A DNA stretch of 64,000 nt from Phoronis australis (lineage: Eukaryota; Animalia; Phoronida), in NCBI GenBank assembly GCA_002633005.1, contig NMRA01000112.1:626659-690658 (forward strand). The letters run 5' to 3'. This document shows positions 52,401 through 64,000 of the stretch, one piece after another (positions within the stretch are counted from its first letter, which is position 1; each line of letters begins with the position of its first letter). Position numbers and translations under genes: made by a program. The notes under the pieces were generated by a model. The model had not been told where the DNA came from, did no database searches, and was given only the letters and a program-made list of their open reading frames with translations.

Positions 52401-54629
52401 GAACTCATCGAGAAGTGCATGCATTTTTTGAGATCCTTGGGGAACGCGTGAGCTGTGAAATGAAACTGCGCTTTAAAATTTGGACTTTGACTAGTTGATG
52501 AGGAAGCATGCAGCCTTCATTTACCGTTCCTTCCCGACGAGGGTAGACTTGATACCCTAGCGTTATGAAAGTGTTGAATGGTAGTAGATTTTTATCTAAA
52601 ACAAGTCTATACTTACCAAAGTTAGAGTCGATGGTGTAAGGAATAGTTTTTCCAGGCCATCTCGAATTTTTATTCGCAGTGGCAACTCTAGCCTGAAATA
52701 ATCACTTTCAAATTACTTCTTTCTCCAAAGTTCATTACGCGTTCGCATTTACCTTTCCATCTTTCTGCAGATTAACGAATTTCCATGCTGAACGAAGCTA
52801 AGCAAGAGAACCAGCGATAGCTTGTGGTGAAACAAGTATTAACGAAATCGGCAGCTACAAGAAATCTAAAATCTCGTTCATGTTTGATCCAAACTTGGTG
52901 TAGATTTTTGCTTGCGAGAACTTAACATTTCCATGTTCTGAAATACTGACTTACATTCAAATCAAGTAAGACAGCACAATACAAGGACAAGGAAAATAGA
53001 TTTTACACACCCTCTTGTTGTTGCGAATGAGACGACACTCAAAAAACGACACCTACTATGGGAATTGAAATTTCTAAACAATTTTAAGATTGATATACTT
53101 ACGTCTCTGTCCAACTCTGCATCTACAAAAGGATTTAGTGGACGATTAGACCAGTTAGGTTTCACTCACTTGCTATTTTAAGTTGTTCTAGGCATTGGTG
53201 CAACCGCCTAAATGCAGATATAATGAGTAACTTTGTGTACATGCGCGTGGGGTGAGGGAAATACGCACATGCGCGGCATTGACAAGAACAGAAGGCCGAA
53301 ACTCGACCGTAGGGACAATGCAAGAGAAACTAATTTGCTACGACGTATAGATGGCACCATCGTCTTCACTGCCGAAGCTATGAATATTCAACTAGGGGAA
53401 CAAGTCGAACTCCAATTTTTTAGCAACCGAAAGGGGGAGGAGGTTGTCTGAAATGAGTGGCAATATCTGTAGGGAATTTGAACAGGAGTGGAGTGGGGAA
53501 CGTAAGACTTGATAGGAGGTGTTTTTCAGTAAACTGAACAGGAGAGCATGCCTCCGTTGTGCACCCTCCCACGTGGCTACACCAGTTGGTGCTATTATCT
53601 TGTATTTTGGAATAAATTGAATGACAGAGTCCTAATGATGCGGCAAGCGATGAACCAAAGGAAACACGTAAACGTTTTCTACGTTAATTTGCATTCCAGC
53701 CCGTAGATATGTCAAGTTCGAAAAAGAACTGTTCTAGGCTTGTAAAATTAAAAGCACTTTAAAATGAAGATGTAAGTTGCAACCATGGAAATTCAGCAAA
53801 ATTTTGTGACAGGTAATTTATGTTGAAAACCTTGGCTATTTCGAACGAAAATTATCCACCTTGCATTACAAAGCTTGAAAATGTACAGCCATTATTGAAA
53901 AGTGCCCACAGTAATACAACGTATTACATGGGGTATCCCAAAAAGCTCACTGAAAATCTTTTGCAATTGGAATAAAAGAAAACTTCTGAGATTTATTGGT
54001 GGTTTTGATATTACAGGAATACCAAAGTTTCTTTTGAAAGGCACATAAATTAGAATAAATATCACAGCTGTTTCTAATTGCTAAAAACCACGAATTCAGT
54101 TTTTGACCCCATGCTCCACACTATGTCTTCAAATAAAGCCATTCTTTGTTCAAATTAAACACAAATTCCTCTGCAGAAAATATAGAAATAGTTCCCTTAA
54201 TTCTTCTTCTCCTTGCCACATCGATGTATACCTTCGTTGGAGCTGCACAACTGGTTGCGTTTGGTTCCAGAACTCGTATATTTTTTCTGATTAACTGTTA
54301 CACACTTTGTAGCTTCCGTGCACAAGAAAACAGCCCTTTTCCTTTCTCTCGTATCTATGAAACCATAGACTAACGAGTATCTATGATGAAACAACGCTGT
54401 TGAACAGCTTCGGATGGCTATAGAGACTGTCATACCGCGCAAATACATGTAATGTTTAGTCTAACATCTTGTACAGTAGATGTGTAACTGGTGAGCAACT
54501 AGCTGTACCCAAACGCACTAAGTCTCTAACCTGATGTATTCATAATGAAAACGACCACTGACACTTACTGGAGTCAAAGGCACCAACAGTTGCGAGCAGA
54601 ACAACGGGAACAAGTAGAACGGCCAACAT
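49434..54629 (-). CDS. Secreted astacin-family (M12A) zinc metalloprotease; exons 54629-54569 (signal peptide), 53122-53103, 52797-52753, 52692-52617, 52087-51967, 51089-50905, 49639-49434 (about 237 aa)
   Basis: Zinc-binding signature HELMHVMGFYHEHQRPDR, RWPGKTIPY, TCVKF, GCYSHVGRIGG, Met-turn PYDKQSVMQY, four conserved Cys, and signal peptide MLAVLLVPVVLLATVGA. The four catalytic-domain exons are firm; the small prodomain exons are tentative. Confidence 0.88.
51879..51923 (+). ncRNA. Minimal type I hammerhead-ribozyme-like motif of the Penelope pseudo-LTR type, antisense in an astacin intron
   Basis: TGACA-CTGAAGA-[TGGCT...AGACC]-GAAA-CGTC-G-TGTCA. It has the CUGANGA and GAAA core boxes, palindromic ACGU helix III, and a closing stem I. 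Stem II is degenerate. Confidence 0.45.
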
Positions 54630-56708
54630 TGTGACTATTGGAGCAGTCTAAGATTTGGATATGATATTATATGTTAAGGAGATGGGTGTTCAAGAAATGC
54701 GATGTATGGAAGGCAACTATGGCCAAGTAGTGCTTAGAATTCTTTGTCACAACAAAACCGGGAAGATGCAACAGAGAAAACTTGGTGCTCTGTCAGTAAA
54801 AGACGTTTTGATTTGAATTATGGTAAGACTGGGTTAAAGAAACAAATGAATTTGAACCCAACACCTAACACCTAACAAGCAATTTAATTATACACGGGAT
54901 ACCTATCCACAAAACTATGGGCCACAGCTTTCAGTACCGACCGATTCAAAATTGGGTCGCTTCATATTAACAGCAGGCGATCGCTCTACAGGTTTCATGG
55001 TTCAAACATTGATTACTTAAAATGCTTTGATGGCGTCAGTGCCATCTTGAGGCTTGGGGACGAGGCTGAGCAAATATCATTCTCCAAACCTCAAGACGTT
55101 GATCGTTTTAAAAACGCGATGAGCGCCATCTTAGGCCTGGGAAATAGGCTGGAAAGGACCCTCCCATTAAAGTGCCTGCAAATAGGGGACGTTTTATATT
55201 GTCACTCTTTAAAGTTGAGTACGACAGAGAGCTCCGATTGATCTCGACTCTGACTTTGGTGGACACGGACCTAAATTCAATAACAACATAGTGGTCCATT
55301 ATATAGCAGAAGAACGGCAATTCCACTGTAGATCAGCCCCTCCCCGACATTGTTTGATTAACTGAAGTTCATTAACTTATTTTGGCTTTTTGACACTGGT
55401 TTGAATTCTCACGCTTTATCAGCCGCAGCCACTGGCGTTGTTGCGGACTTTCTCAGTCTTCGCAATGGAGTGTTAATCGGAATTGCAATACGATGCAGCT
55501 ATTTCGAAAGTCACCTACTGCGTGATCACGTGGAACCCTTGTGCCACGATCGCCTCATGCTGATGAAGTACTTTGTGTAATCAATTTATTCAAATGGCCA
55601 AAGAAAACCAAGAAAAGTGTAAGACCTGGACGTTTGAGTAGTCCAATCCAGAATTTACATGTTTTGTCCTTAAGCAAGAATTAAGGAATTACCAATTTAG
55701 ATGTTCAGCCTCATAAGTATCGACCAATACAGCCTACGAAATACAACAATCACAACATCCCGAAATACCACAAAGCCGTGACTGCGATTCTGCTAAATTT
55801 ACTCACAATGCTGCTCATCTGTAGGACACTTCTCTAACTCCTGCTATGTTTAACATTGTTTTGGCATTAAATTTGCTAGTTATAAGTCATTCTAATGCAT
55901 TTAAACGTAGCACAATGAGTTCAAATACTGACACAAAAATTGACAAACTAGGTGGGACGCGATACATCGTTCTTAATTGCCCGACATGAATCAGAAGTGT
56001 TTTTGAGGACTACCAAGTGTCCGCGTATTTAGACCTATGCGCTAATATGTATGGTTACCGTATATCAGAAATTAGGCGTATGTGCTTATATGTGATAGAC
56101 TTGAGTGAAACCGATAAAACAAACCTACTGAATGCTATGTTAATGTACGTTGAATTATCCGTTACAAACCTAAAGACGTTGGTGTTCAATCAATTTAAAA
56201 TTTGTCATTATAGCGACGACAATTTCACATTCCGACTCCGCTGGAAACTTTTGATTCAGACAATTCATCGCTACAAAATTGTTCTGCACATGTTGATAAG
56301 TATGTATGTGACTTATGTGTGTGCAAAGAAATCACAATTCACTCGTCCTCTGAATCATTCTCGACTCATAATAAAATGACACGCCGTGACAAGGCAATTT
56401 CTAGAGTATGCTCTAATTAAGCACTGGGCAATCGTTAAGTGTCAGTTCTTTCACAGACCTCTTGTCATATCCAATTCGACTAATGGATCATATTCAGACT
56501 AATTTCATAACGGTTAGAGGTCTCATCCAAATCTTGACTTTTGCGATGGGTTTACAGTCGCTTTGAACGAAAAGTAGACAGACTAATACAGGAGAAAATA
56601 CTCACGAAACACAATCCATTTAAAATATCCTGATGAGATATGTATGCGACATTAATAAAATTAAAAACACAAAGCTTCACAGCATCTCACTCTCAGGCAT
56701 AGCAGTGC

Positions 56709-56716
56709 TTTATATA
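56709..56716 (-). promoter_or_regulatory. Candidate TATA box of the astacin gene
   Basis: TATATAAA on the minus strand, followed by a plausible 5' exon ending in a strong donor (TTC|GTGAGT at 56606/56605) about 2 kb upstream of the signal-peptide exon. Confidence 0.35.
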
Positions 56717-58879
56717 AAAGTGACTGTCTACAAACACCGTGAATCGTTATAACGACAAATCTGTTATTAAGCGGCTAATGCTATAGTAGAGGCCAGGCCT
56801 CAAGCAAGCAGAACTCGGCTTCTATTTGAACTTAACTGCGTAGTAAATATCACCTCAAGCAGAAACTGGTCTCTTGCAGAAGACGCCGAGAAATTCTACA
56901 AGTATTTTTGTTATGTAAAATTTTCATAAACGTTCAAACACAAAACAGAAACACATTGTTAATTAATTAATTAAAGCGGCAAACCAAACCCTCGCCTTCT
57001 GTCAAAAATCAACGTTTGATTTAGGCCACTTATTGTAATAAAATGCATTTAATCTTGTACCTTACTCAGCCTGGAAACGATTTCAAGGCTTGAAGAGAAC
57101 TAACAGATTATTAATACTCCCGACCAGATTAACTTGATTTTCACTGCCAGTTAATTTCAGTCGCTAGAAATATAAAATTGTCTGCAAGCCTTTCAAATTT
57201 CCCAAAAGCATTAGCAAATTTTGCGAAAAAAAAGAACTTTCCCACTTAACTGAAGGCATTTACAGAAAACTAACACATGGGCTGAAGTGCATATCCTAGA
57301 GTAATGTTATTGATTCATTCAAATGTGTATGCTTGCGTCCCTTAGTTATACTAATGATTTGAGATTTATGTGATTCCAGAAAAGTTACGTTCATCGAATT
57401 GTCGTCACAAACGTGTTTCTAGTGAAAATCGGTATCTAGCCGTCATATCTTTGTACGTTTTGTAAAAAAAAGAGACAGAAATATGAAAATTGGTATCCAG
57501 CCGTCAGATATTAGCACGTCTTGTAATACGAGACAGAAAATTAGACTCATCTTTACTGAGATTGTATAATAACCAGAACATTCTGGTTTGCCATAAGCCA
57601 ATGTTTATTTTCAAAAAACCCAACTTGCTCAATCTCTGGTCAAGAGATGTTTTCTCTGGTAAATTACAGGAATCAGATATATTAATGTATTCACTTGTTT
57701 GGGAAACTACCAGCAGAACAACTGCGCGAATATAGCGAGGGCCTTCGATTTCACCGACTAGAAGTTCTCTTTGGTCAGTCAGCTTCCAACCACCGGAAGG
57801 GTCCCCTGAGAAGACTTCACAATCAACTCACTACGAGAAACATCACCCCCAATACCCTTCAGCTTACCCTCACTGCGTGTACCTATGGGGAGAGGATTTG
57901 TGCCCACTCTCAGAAGGTAATCCAGGTAAGCTAATTTTGAAAATACCAAATTTGCCACCAAAGACTAAGAAATGCTAGTCCAACAGTTGAACTGTTTGGA
58001 AGGACATGCCTCAGTACTTTCAAAAAGAAAAACTCGCATATTTCAGAAACCGTAAATACAGAAAATTCAGTAGAAGATAGTCCTCTTGTGTCTTTAAATA
58101 AAGTTTTATAAGGTTTTACTTTTCCAGTTCAGAATGGCAATGACAACGGCTTAGTATTTCCCTGCCTTACTTTACACAAGATTGTAGAAGATTTAACTAA
58201 ATTTAATGTACATCCGAGGTAGGTGTTGATAAACAAAACATGTGACAATGAGAATCTAGAATAATTTGTACTATATATATTCGGAAGAAGGAAGAGAGAT
58301 AGCTATTCACAAAATATTGCTTTACAATGCTATTCACCGTTGAACACCTATTTGTAAACTGGACCAATTGTAAATATTTAAGTAAATGTAGTTATATTTG
58401 TTTCTTTAAATATTAGAGTTAAATTTGGTATCTGAACTCAAAATGCGCGTTTGTTTTTGCGCTTGGGTGTGTGTGTGAATGTGTCAAACAGTTGGGCACT
58501 CCTTCATATGTATTTGCATGTATTACTACTCTGGCAATAAATAGTATGCGTTACGAAAAAAAAACGTCGCTAAGACTGCTCGCCCGCAACCAATTTCACT
58601 TCAAACGAAGGATGCGGAGTCGATGGCGTTGTTTGAAAGAGGAAACTGCGACGAGAATTGATGTTTTGCTAGAAATCATACGTGATCACCGACAGGTAGC
58701 GAGAGTGAAGCCCCACGTTTGTCTCACGCGATAGGGTTTGAGTACATTACGATAATTACTGACAGGTGGTCTAATATTCACGAACTTGATAGTGTTTTAG
58801 GATGGCAAAGTGTTGCAGTGGAAGTCCTATTTAGTACAATTGCACATTCAACAGTTTAACGATTGCTGTAACATTAATG

Positions 58880-59710
58880 AATTTAATAGTAGCAATGATA
58901 CTAATGATGATAGTAATGATAACAGTAGCAATTATATCAGTAATCTAATGACGACTGCGATGTAGTGATTACAGTGATGAAGACAATGACGACGACGAGA
59001 GCAACGGCGGTTTGAGTAACAAAGTGATGGTAGTAGAGGCGGTGATGACGGTGATGATGATGAAGATGAAGAAACTTGTTGTAACGACAATGATGATGGT
59101 GGTGATGATGGCGACTATGATGACGATGATGATGATGTTGGCGACTATGATGACGATGATGATGATGTTGATGAAGATGGTGATGATGGTTATGGTGGTG
59201 CTAAGGGTGGCTATGATGAAACTGGTGTTGATGGTGATGACTATGATGGTGATGATGATAGTAACGATAATGGTGATGATGATAATGAAGATGGTGACGA
59301 TGGTGGTGATGATGATTATGGTGATGAGGGTGACGATGAAGATGATGCTGCTGGTGATAATGGTGTTGGCGATGATGATTGTGGTGATAATGGTAGCAAT
59401 GATGTCCATGGTGGTGATTATGACGATGACGGTGACAATGATGGTGATGATGATGATCAAGATTAGAAAAATGATGACGATGGTGGTGATGATGGTGATG
59501 TTGATGACGGTGATAATGATGGTGATGATAATGGTGGCGCTGATAATGATGGTGATGATGATGATGATGGCGGTGATGACTGTGGTGACGATGATATTGA
59601 TGGTAAAGATGATGACAATGGTGATGATGATGACGAGAAGGAGAATAATGACAACATAAAGTATGAGGGAAGGATGACGTTCAGCATGACGATGAAGACG
59701 AGAAGGATGG
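58880..59710. repeat. Degenerate (GAT/GGT)n trinucleotide low-complexity tract
   Basis: About 800 bp of GAT/GGT/GAC/AAT triplets. It produces the spurious M/V-rich and I/T-rich ORFs. Confidence 0.9.
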
Positions 59711-59964
59711 CGAGGTTGATACTTGTCTCGGAAAGAAATTTTCCATGCTATTCCCTTGATATGTATATACTATCCTTGGAACAATAGATGGTGCTAGTGA
59801 CGTCACACGAATGACATTGATTGTGTTTGCTCAATGCAAGTGGATATAAAACCAAGGTGATGGCCCTTTGATCTTCCATCTACGTTACATTTTTTTGCTG
59901 TATTATTCACCTAGGGAACAGTAACATGCACTGGAAAATGTATATCTAAGATACGTGAAACCAG

Positions 59965-60365
59965 GGCCCGGTCTCCAATCTTTTTACTCGAAGTGAAACT
60001 CGAAATTAGGTTTGGCATTTTCTACTCTACTTTTGGGCGAACTCAAGATAAGTGTCTATTATTCTATGCTCGAGTACACAATAACTTACGTAGACAATTT
60101 ATTGCCCTTAGTTCACAGTTTGTAAACCCAATATTAAAGCAATAAGTTCGAGTTTGAACTCGAAATTTCGAGTTTTTACTCGAGTTTGTAGCACGAATAA
60201 AAGGGTCTTCAAGGGCAAACTTGAACTAGAAACTCATATGCATAAACTATAATGTATTCGAGCACAGTCTGATAACAAATTATCTTAAGTTCGCACAAAA
60301 GGAGCAGAGAAATTGCCAAAAATAATTTCGAGTTTGTTTCGAGTACAAAGATTAGAGACCGGTCC
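59965..60365. mobile_element. PIF/Harbinger-type MITE
   Basis: TIRs GGCCCGGTCTCCAATCTTT...AAAGATTAGAGACCGGTCC, CAG target duplication, and internal inverted AACTCGAA/TTCGAGTT repeats. Confidence 0.8.
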
Positions 60366-62775
60366 CAGGTTTCTGTATGTTTACTTATAGTGGGCGGCGC
60401 ACCAGAAGGGGCTGGGGAGGGGGGCTATAGCCCCACTTATTTCAGTGCTGCGCCGCCCATGTTATTAAAGCAACATCAAAGATGTCACTTTATCTTTTAA
60501 ACTACGATTTGAGGAACTCGTGTGTAATAGACAACCTCACCCAGACAGAAGTCGAAGCTCAACAGCTACACGTTCTTTTAAAACAGTTGTATTTAACCAA
60601 TGTGTTCTGTTAAAACGAATTTTGGATTTAGGTCACTTGTCGTTACAAAATTGGTCTCAAGCCGTTGCTTAGTCAAATTAGGTGTGATTTCTGTGGTTGG
60701 AAAAGAATGACTGTTTTTCCTTCAAAAGACTTTTAACATCTGTTAGTTCTTCCCAAGATGAGAGACGTCTTCTAAACTGAGTAAACAACGAGGCGAGGCC
60801 AAGTTTAAAGCGACGTAAGCGGCCTAATGTAAAACTTTTTTGACTGAAAGCATCGTGGGCAGACAAACGCTTCCACTTTTCAATGCGTGTTTGAGCGGCT
60901 GCGGCAATAGGCGCTGCAAATCAGCTATATCCATTTTTAGTTATCAGTAGAGATCCTGTGTTGACCAAAGACTGGTATACATTCATCAACACGACTCGTA
61001 TATCAGATTGTTTTCAACTTACAGTGGAACAAATCGTTTGTCGTACTAGAGTAAACGAATGCAGAGTTAAAACCCAAATAAGTGTCTAATTTAACAAAAT
61101 AAACTTAAAAGTATTTAGTGTTTAATTCAAAACATAGTGCATGCACAACCAATAGAAACAGCCATACCAAATTGATTTCTTCAATGTCAAATTTATTCCA
61201 CATAAAGTGATAGTTAGGGTCTTGGTCACTTGGTTATTCGCAAACTCGTTCGGTGATATCTTGAGGGGCAACGACCTTGGTCAATGCAAGTTAGCTCAAT
61301 TTCATCATGCTTATTCGCTCAATATAGTTTTCTAAAATTTAACGAGAGCTCATGTCAAAACTATTACCGGTTCGTTGTGCAATGGCATATCCTTCATCAC
61401 GCTTTAGTCGAGTAATCCAATCAACTCTAGTTGTTTTCCGGAAAAGTAACTACCGGCAGATGGCTCTGACAGCTCGTAAACAAACGCACACTTGAAAGTC
61501 GCAGAATAAGCGAAGAACGTGCCAGTGTATACCTTGCAAGCTTTAACATTTGTCCGTAGACAAAACACGTGCACCCGTCAAGGTTCAGAGAGGTGGGAAA
61601 GACAAGCGCATACCACGGAAGGGAATTCGATCGTGCTTCTTGGTAAAATATGACCAAGTTCTCCTAGTCTTACATGTAGGTAACTGAAAACGAAACCTAG
61701 TCCTCGAGGGAGTTGGCAGACTTACGTACAATGGGCGATAGTCAAGGTAAGCGTAACATAGTTGTACTTGTACAGAAGTAAATTATAACCTATTTTCGTT
61801 TTGTTATAATTGGCAATACCTTGATCATTTTCAAGGGTTCTTCAGCATTGAATGTTGTGCATGCCAGCGACAGTGCAGCAGAAAATAAATTGCATTTTTT
61901 GCGTGGCGGCTAATTGGCAATTAACCGACCTCAACGCAAAAGAATGAACAGATGTAGATGATGGAACGATAGACAAAACAGCTCTTATTAACAGATTCTT
62001 GTGAACGTGCCATTTGACTTTTTGGACATCATTCGTGTTCAAGGTACTAAGACACTGACTGTGAAGGATTTCTGTCAATGATTGTCAAGTTACGCACTTT
62101 GTGATACTATTTATAGCTATCATTTCCGTTCGATAATTCTGAAGCGACAAATAAGAATAAAATAAATCAAGTATATTGCGGCGAAAGTAGCCACGCGTCA
62201 ACCAACGAACTCGTAACACTCTCACTCCACATGAAGAATTGTGTTAAAAAGGATCTTTAAGACACTCTGTCCTTTAAATTCATCATTTCCAAACAGAGGA
62301 TGAGTTTAGTTCGTTAGAAGGTATCACTGAAATATAAACATTTCGTTACTTTCAGCCCTGTTTGTGATTGCCTTATTTAGCTATTAAATTTTCTAAAATT
62401 GTTTTTGAAAAGTGGGCGGGAGATGAGTGATGAGCCATAATGCAGCTGTCACTCAAAGCGGCGGCCATTTTAGGTGGTCAGGCACCACCAAAAATAAAAA
62501 AATAAACTCAAATTCATACTGAATTCAGTTAAGTTTGAAAATAATTGGAGTTGTGTTGGATGAACATTATTCGAGCTTAATTTTCGACTGAACGAACTTT
62601 TGGTAGAATCGGTGTTATGAAGGTTTTAAATAAAATGAAACAGAAAGACTATCTTTAAACTATATTTAAAATCAGTAGCGAATGTCAAATGCTTCGGTTT
62701 TATTTTACGAGAGTCACAAAAATTTGAGTATTACAACAAAGCATTACTGAAGCTCATAGTTGTGGTTTTTTATAC

Positions 62776-63348
62776 TGCGAAGCGATACCAAAGCTAGTTT
62801 TCAAAACAACACTTGAGGACGAGATAAAGGGCATATACTATGACATACTAAACTACATATATCGATAAATACAAAAGTTATATAATATGTGGATCTGTAC
62901 AGGTGGGTGACAATATGCCAAAGCTACACCATGACAACGACCTGAGGAAACTGAGAATAAACAGCAATAAAATAGAATGAAGGAGAGAAATTGAATGAAA
63001 AATACTAAATGGATAGGAAAGTATGGACGATGGCACAGTGTTGCAACAAGACAAAGAAATCTTGGTACAAATAAACCAATAATGGGAAACCAAAAAACAT
63101 CACTGACCCGAGAATCAAAATAATAATTAGGACGAAGCAGTATATCTTACATAAAATAATTTAATACTTAAATAATATTTACATGCGCTAGCTGCGAAGC
63201 GATACCAAAGCTAGTTTACAGTGAAACAACTCAAGAGGATGAGATAAAAGGTCACAATATATTATGAAAAACTAAGCTACTGTAGATATTGATGAATACA
63301 AAAGTTATATAATATGTTGACATGTAAAGGTGAGTGACAATCTGCCAC
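62776..63348 (+). repeat. Diverged direct repeat (about 150 bp, 62776-62920 and 63192-63348)
   Basis: Shared CTGCGAAGCGATACCAAAGCTAGTTT, GAGATAAA, ATACAAAAGTTATATAATATGT and GTGACAAT.TGCCA. Confidence 0.8.
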
Positions 63349-64000
63349 AGACGCAGCAGAAGGATGAGGGAGAACGAGCGAGACAGACAAAACATAGATT
63401 ATGTAAAATGGAGTAAAAGTAGCTATGACTATAAAAAAAGGCTAACATGGAGTAGAATAACTTCTTAAAAAGACAACATTTTGATTATTAAACCACTTTA
63501 TTCACAGACTGTTAAATTTCTTCTTGAAGTTGACTTTTAGTGTTGACACAGGCCGTAGCTGCTCTTAAAATATTTAATTTTTCGAGTGCCTTATTGTTTA
63601 CGAGGAGTTTTATGGAGTGTCAAGAGTGGAGTTACAACCGTTTTAGTGTGTAAAACTTTATTTGTTAATACCTTACTGAATCGACCCACCTGATGTCAGA
63701 CTGCTCATTAAAATGTACTTGTTTACAACAGAATACTTTAGAACACTCTACAAGTTTCCAGTTTATTATAGAACCATGGTCCAGGGCATTCTAGAAGCTC
63801 ATTAGAGTGATTGACATAGATTTCAGAAAGTTCTCATGGAGTGTACTTGTATTGGTAAAAAGTTTCATAACATTGTATCAGGTTACAAATACTCAGGCAT
63901 GAATTAGTGAGAGCCAGTTATCTAGTCAACAGAGAGTCACTTCAGTATTATTGCATCAGTCAATAAGCCAAACTGAAAGTGATTCAAGAGTTCATCACAA

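Noticed and set aside
58969-59687. 215-aa Met/Val-rich, 163-aa Ile/Thr-rich and Ser/Pro-rich ORFs
   Set aside because: These are translations of a trinucleotide low-complexity tract.
60392-60459. GGGCGGCGCA...TGCGCCGCCC hairpin
   Set aside because: Likely a tiny MITE remnant. No TSD or RNA-family features.

Overview
AT-rich, intron-rich eukaryotic DNA from a bilaterian invertebrate (lophotrochozoan-like, inferred from protein style). Four spliced genes were reconstructed by hand with frame-consistent GT-AG exons: NDUFA1 (-, 3 exons), UPF3 (+, 12 exons, head-to-head with NDUFA1 across 390 bp), PGRMC (-, 3 exons, tail-to-tail with UPF3) and a secreted astacin metalloprotease (-, at least 7 coding exons). 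NDUFA1-UPF3-PGRMC has the same order and orientation as human Xq24. The rest is transposon debris: a 5'-truncated, pseudogenised RLE-type (HERO-like) non-LTR retrotransposon whose 3' UTR folds into a predicted k-turn plus pseudoknot, a DIRS/Ngaro gag remnant, a THAP remnant, Harbinger-type MITEs, a CAC...GTG element, a Helitron 3' end and a Penelope-type minimal hammerhead-like motif. Most near-identical duplications abut single N joins and are probably uncollapsed haplotypes. All calls were made by eye without database searches.
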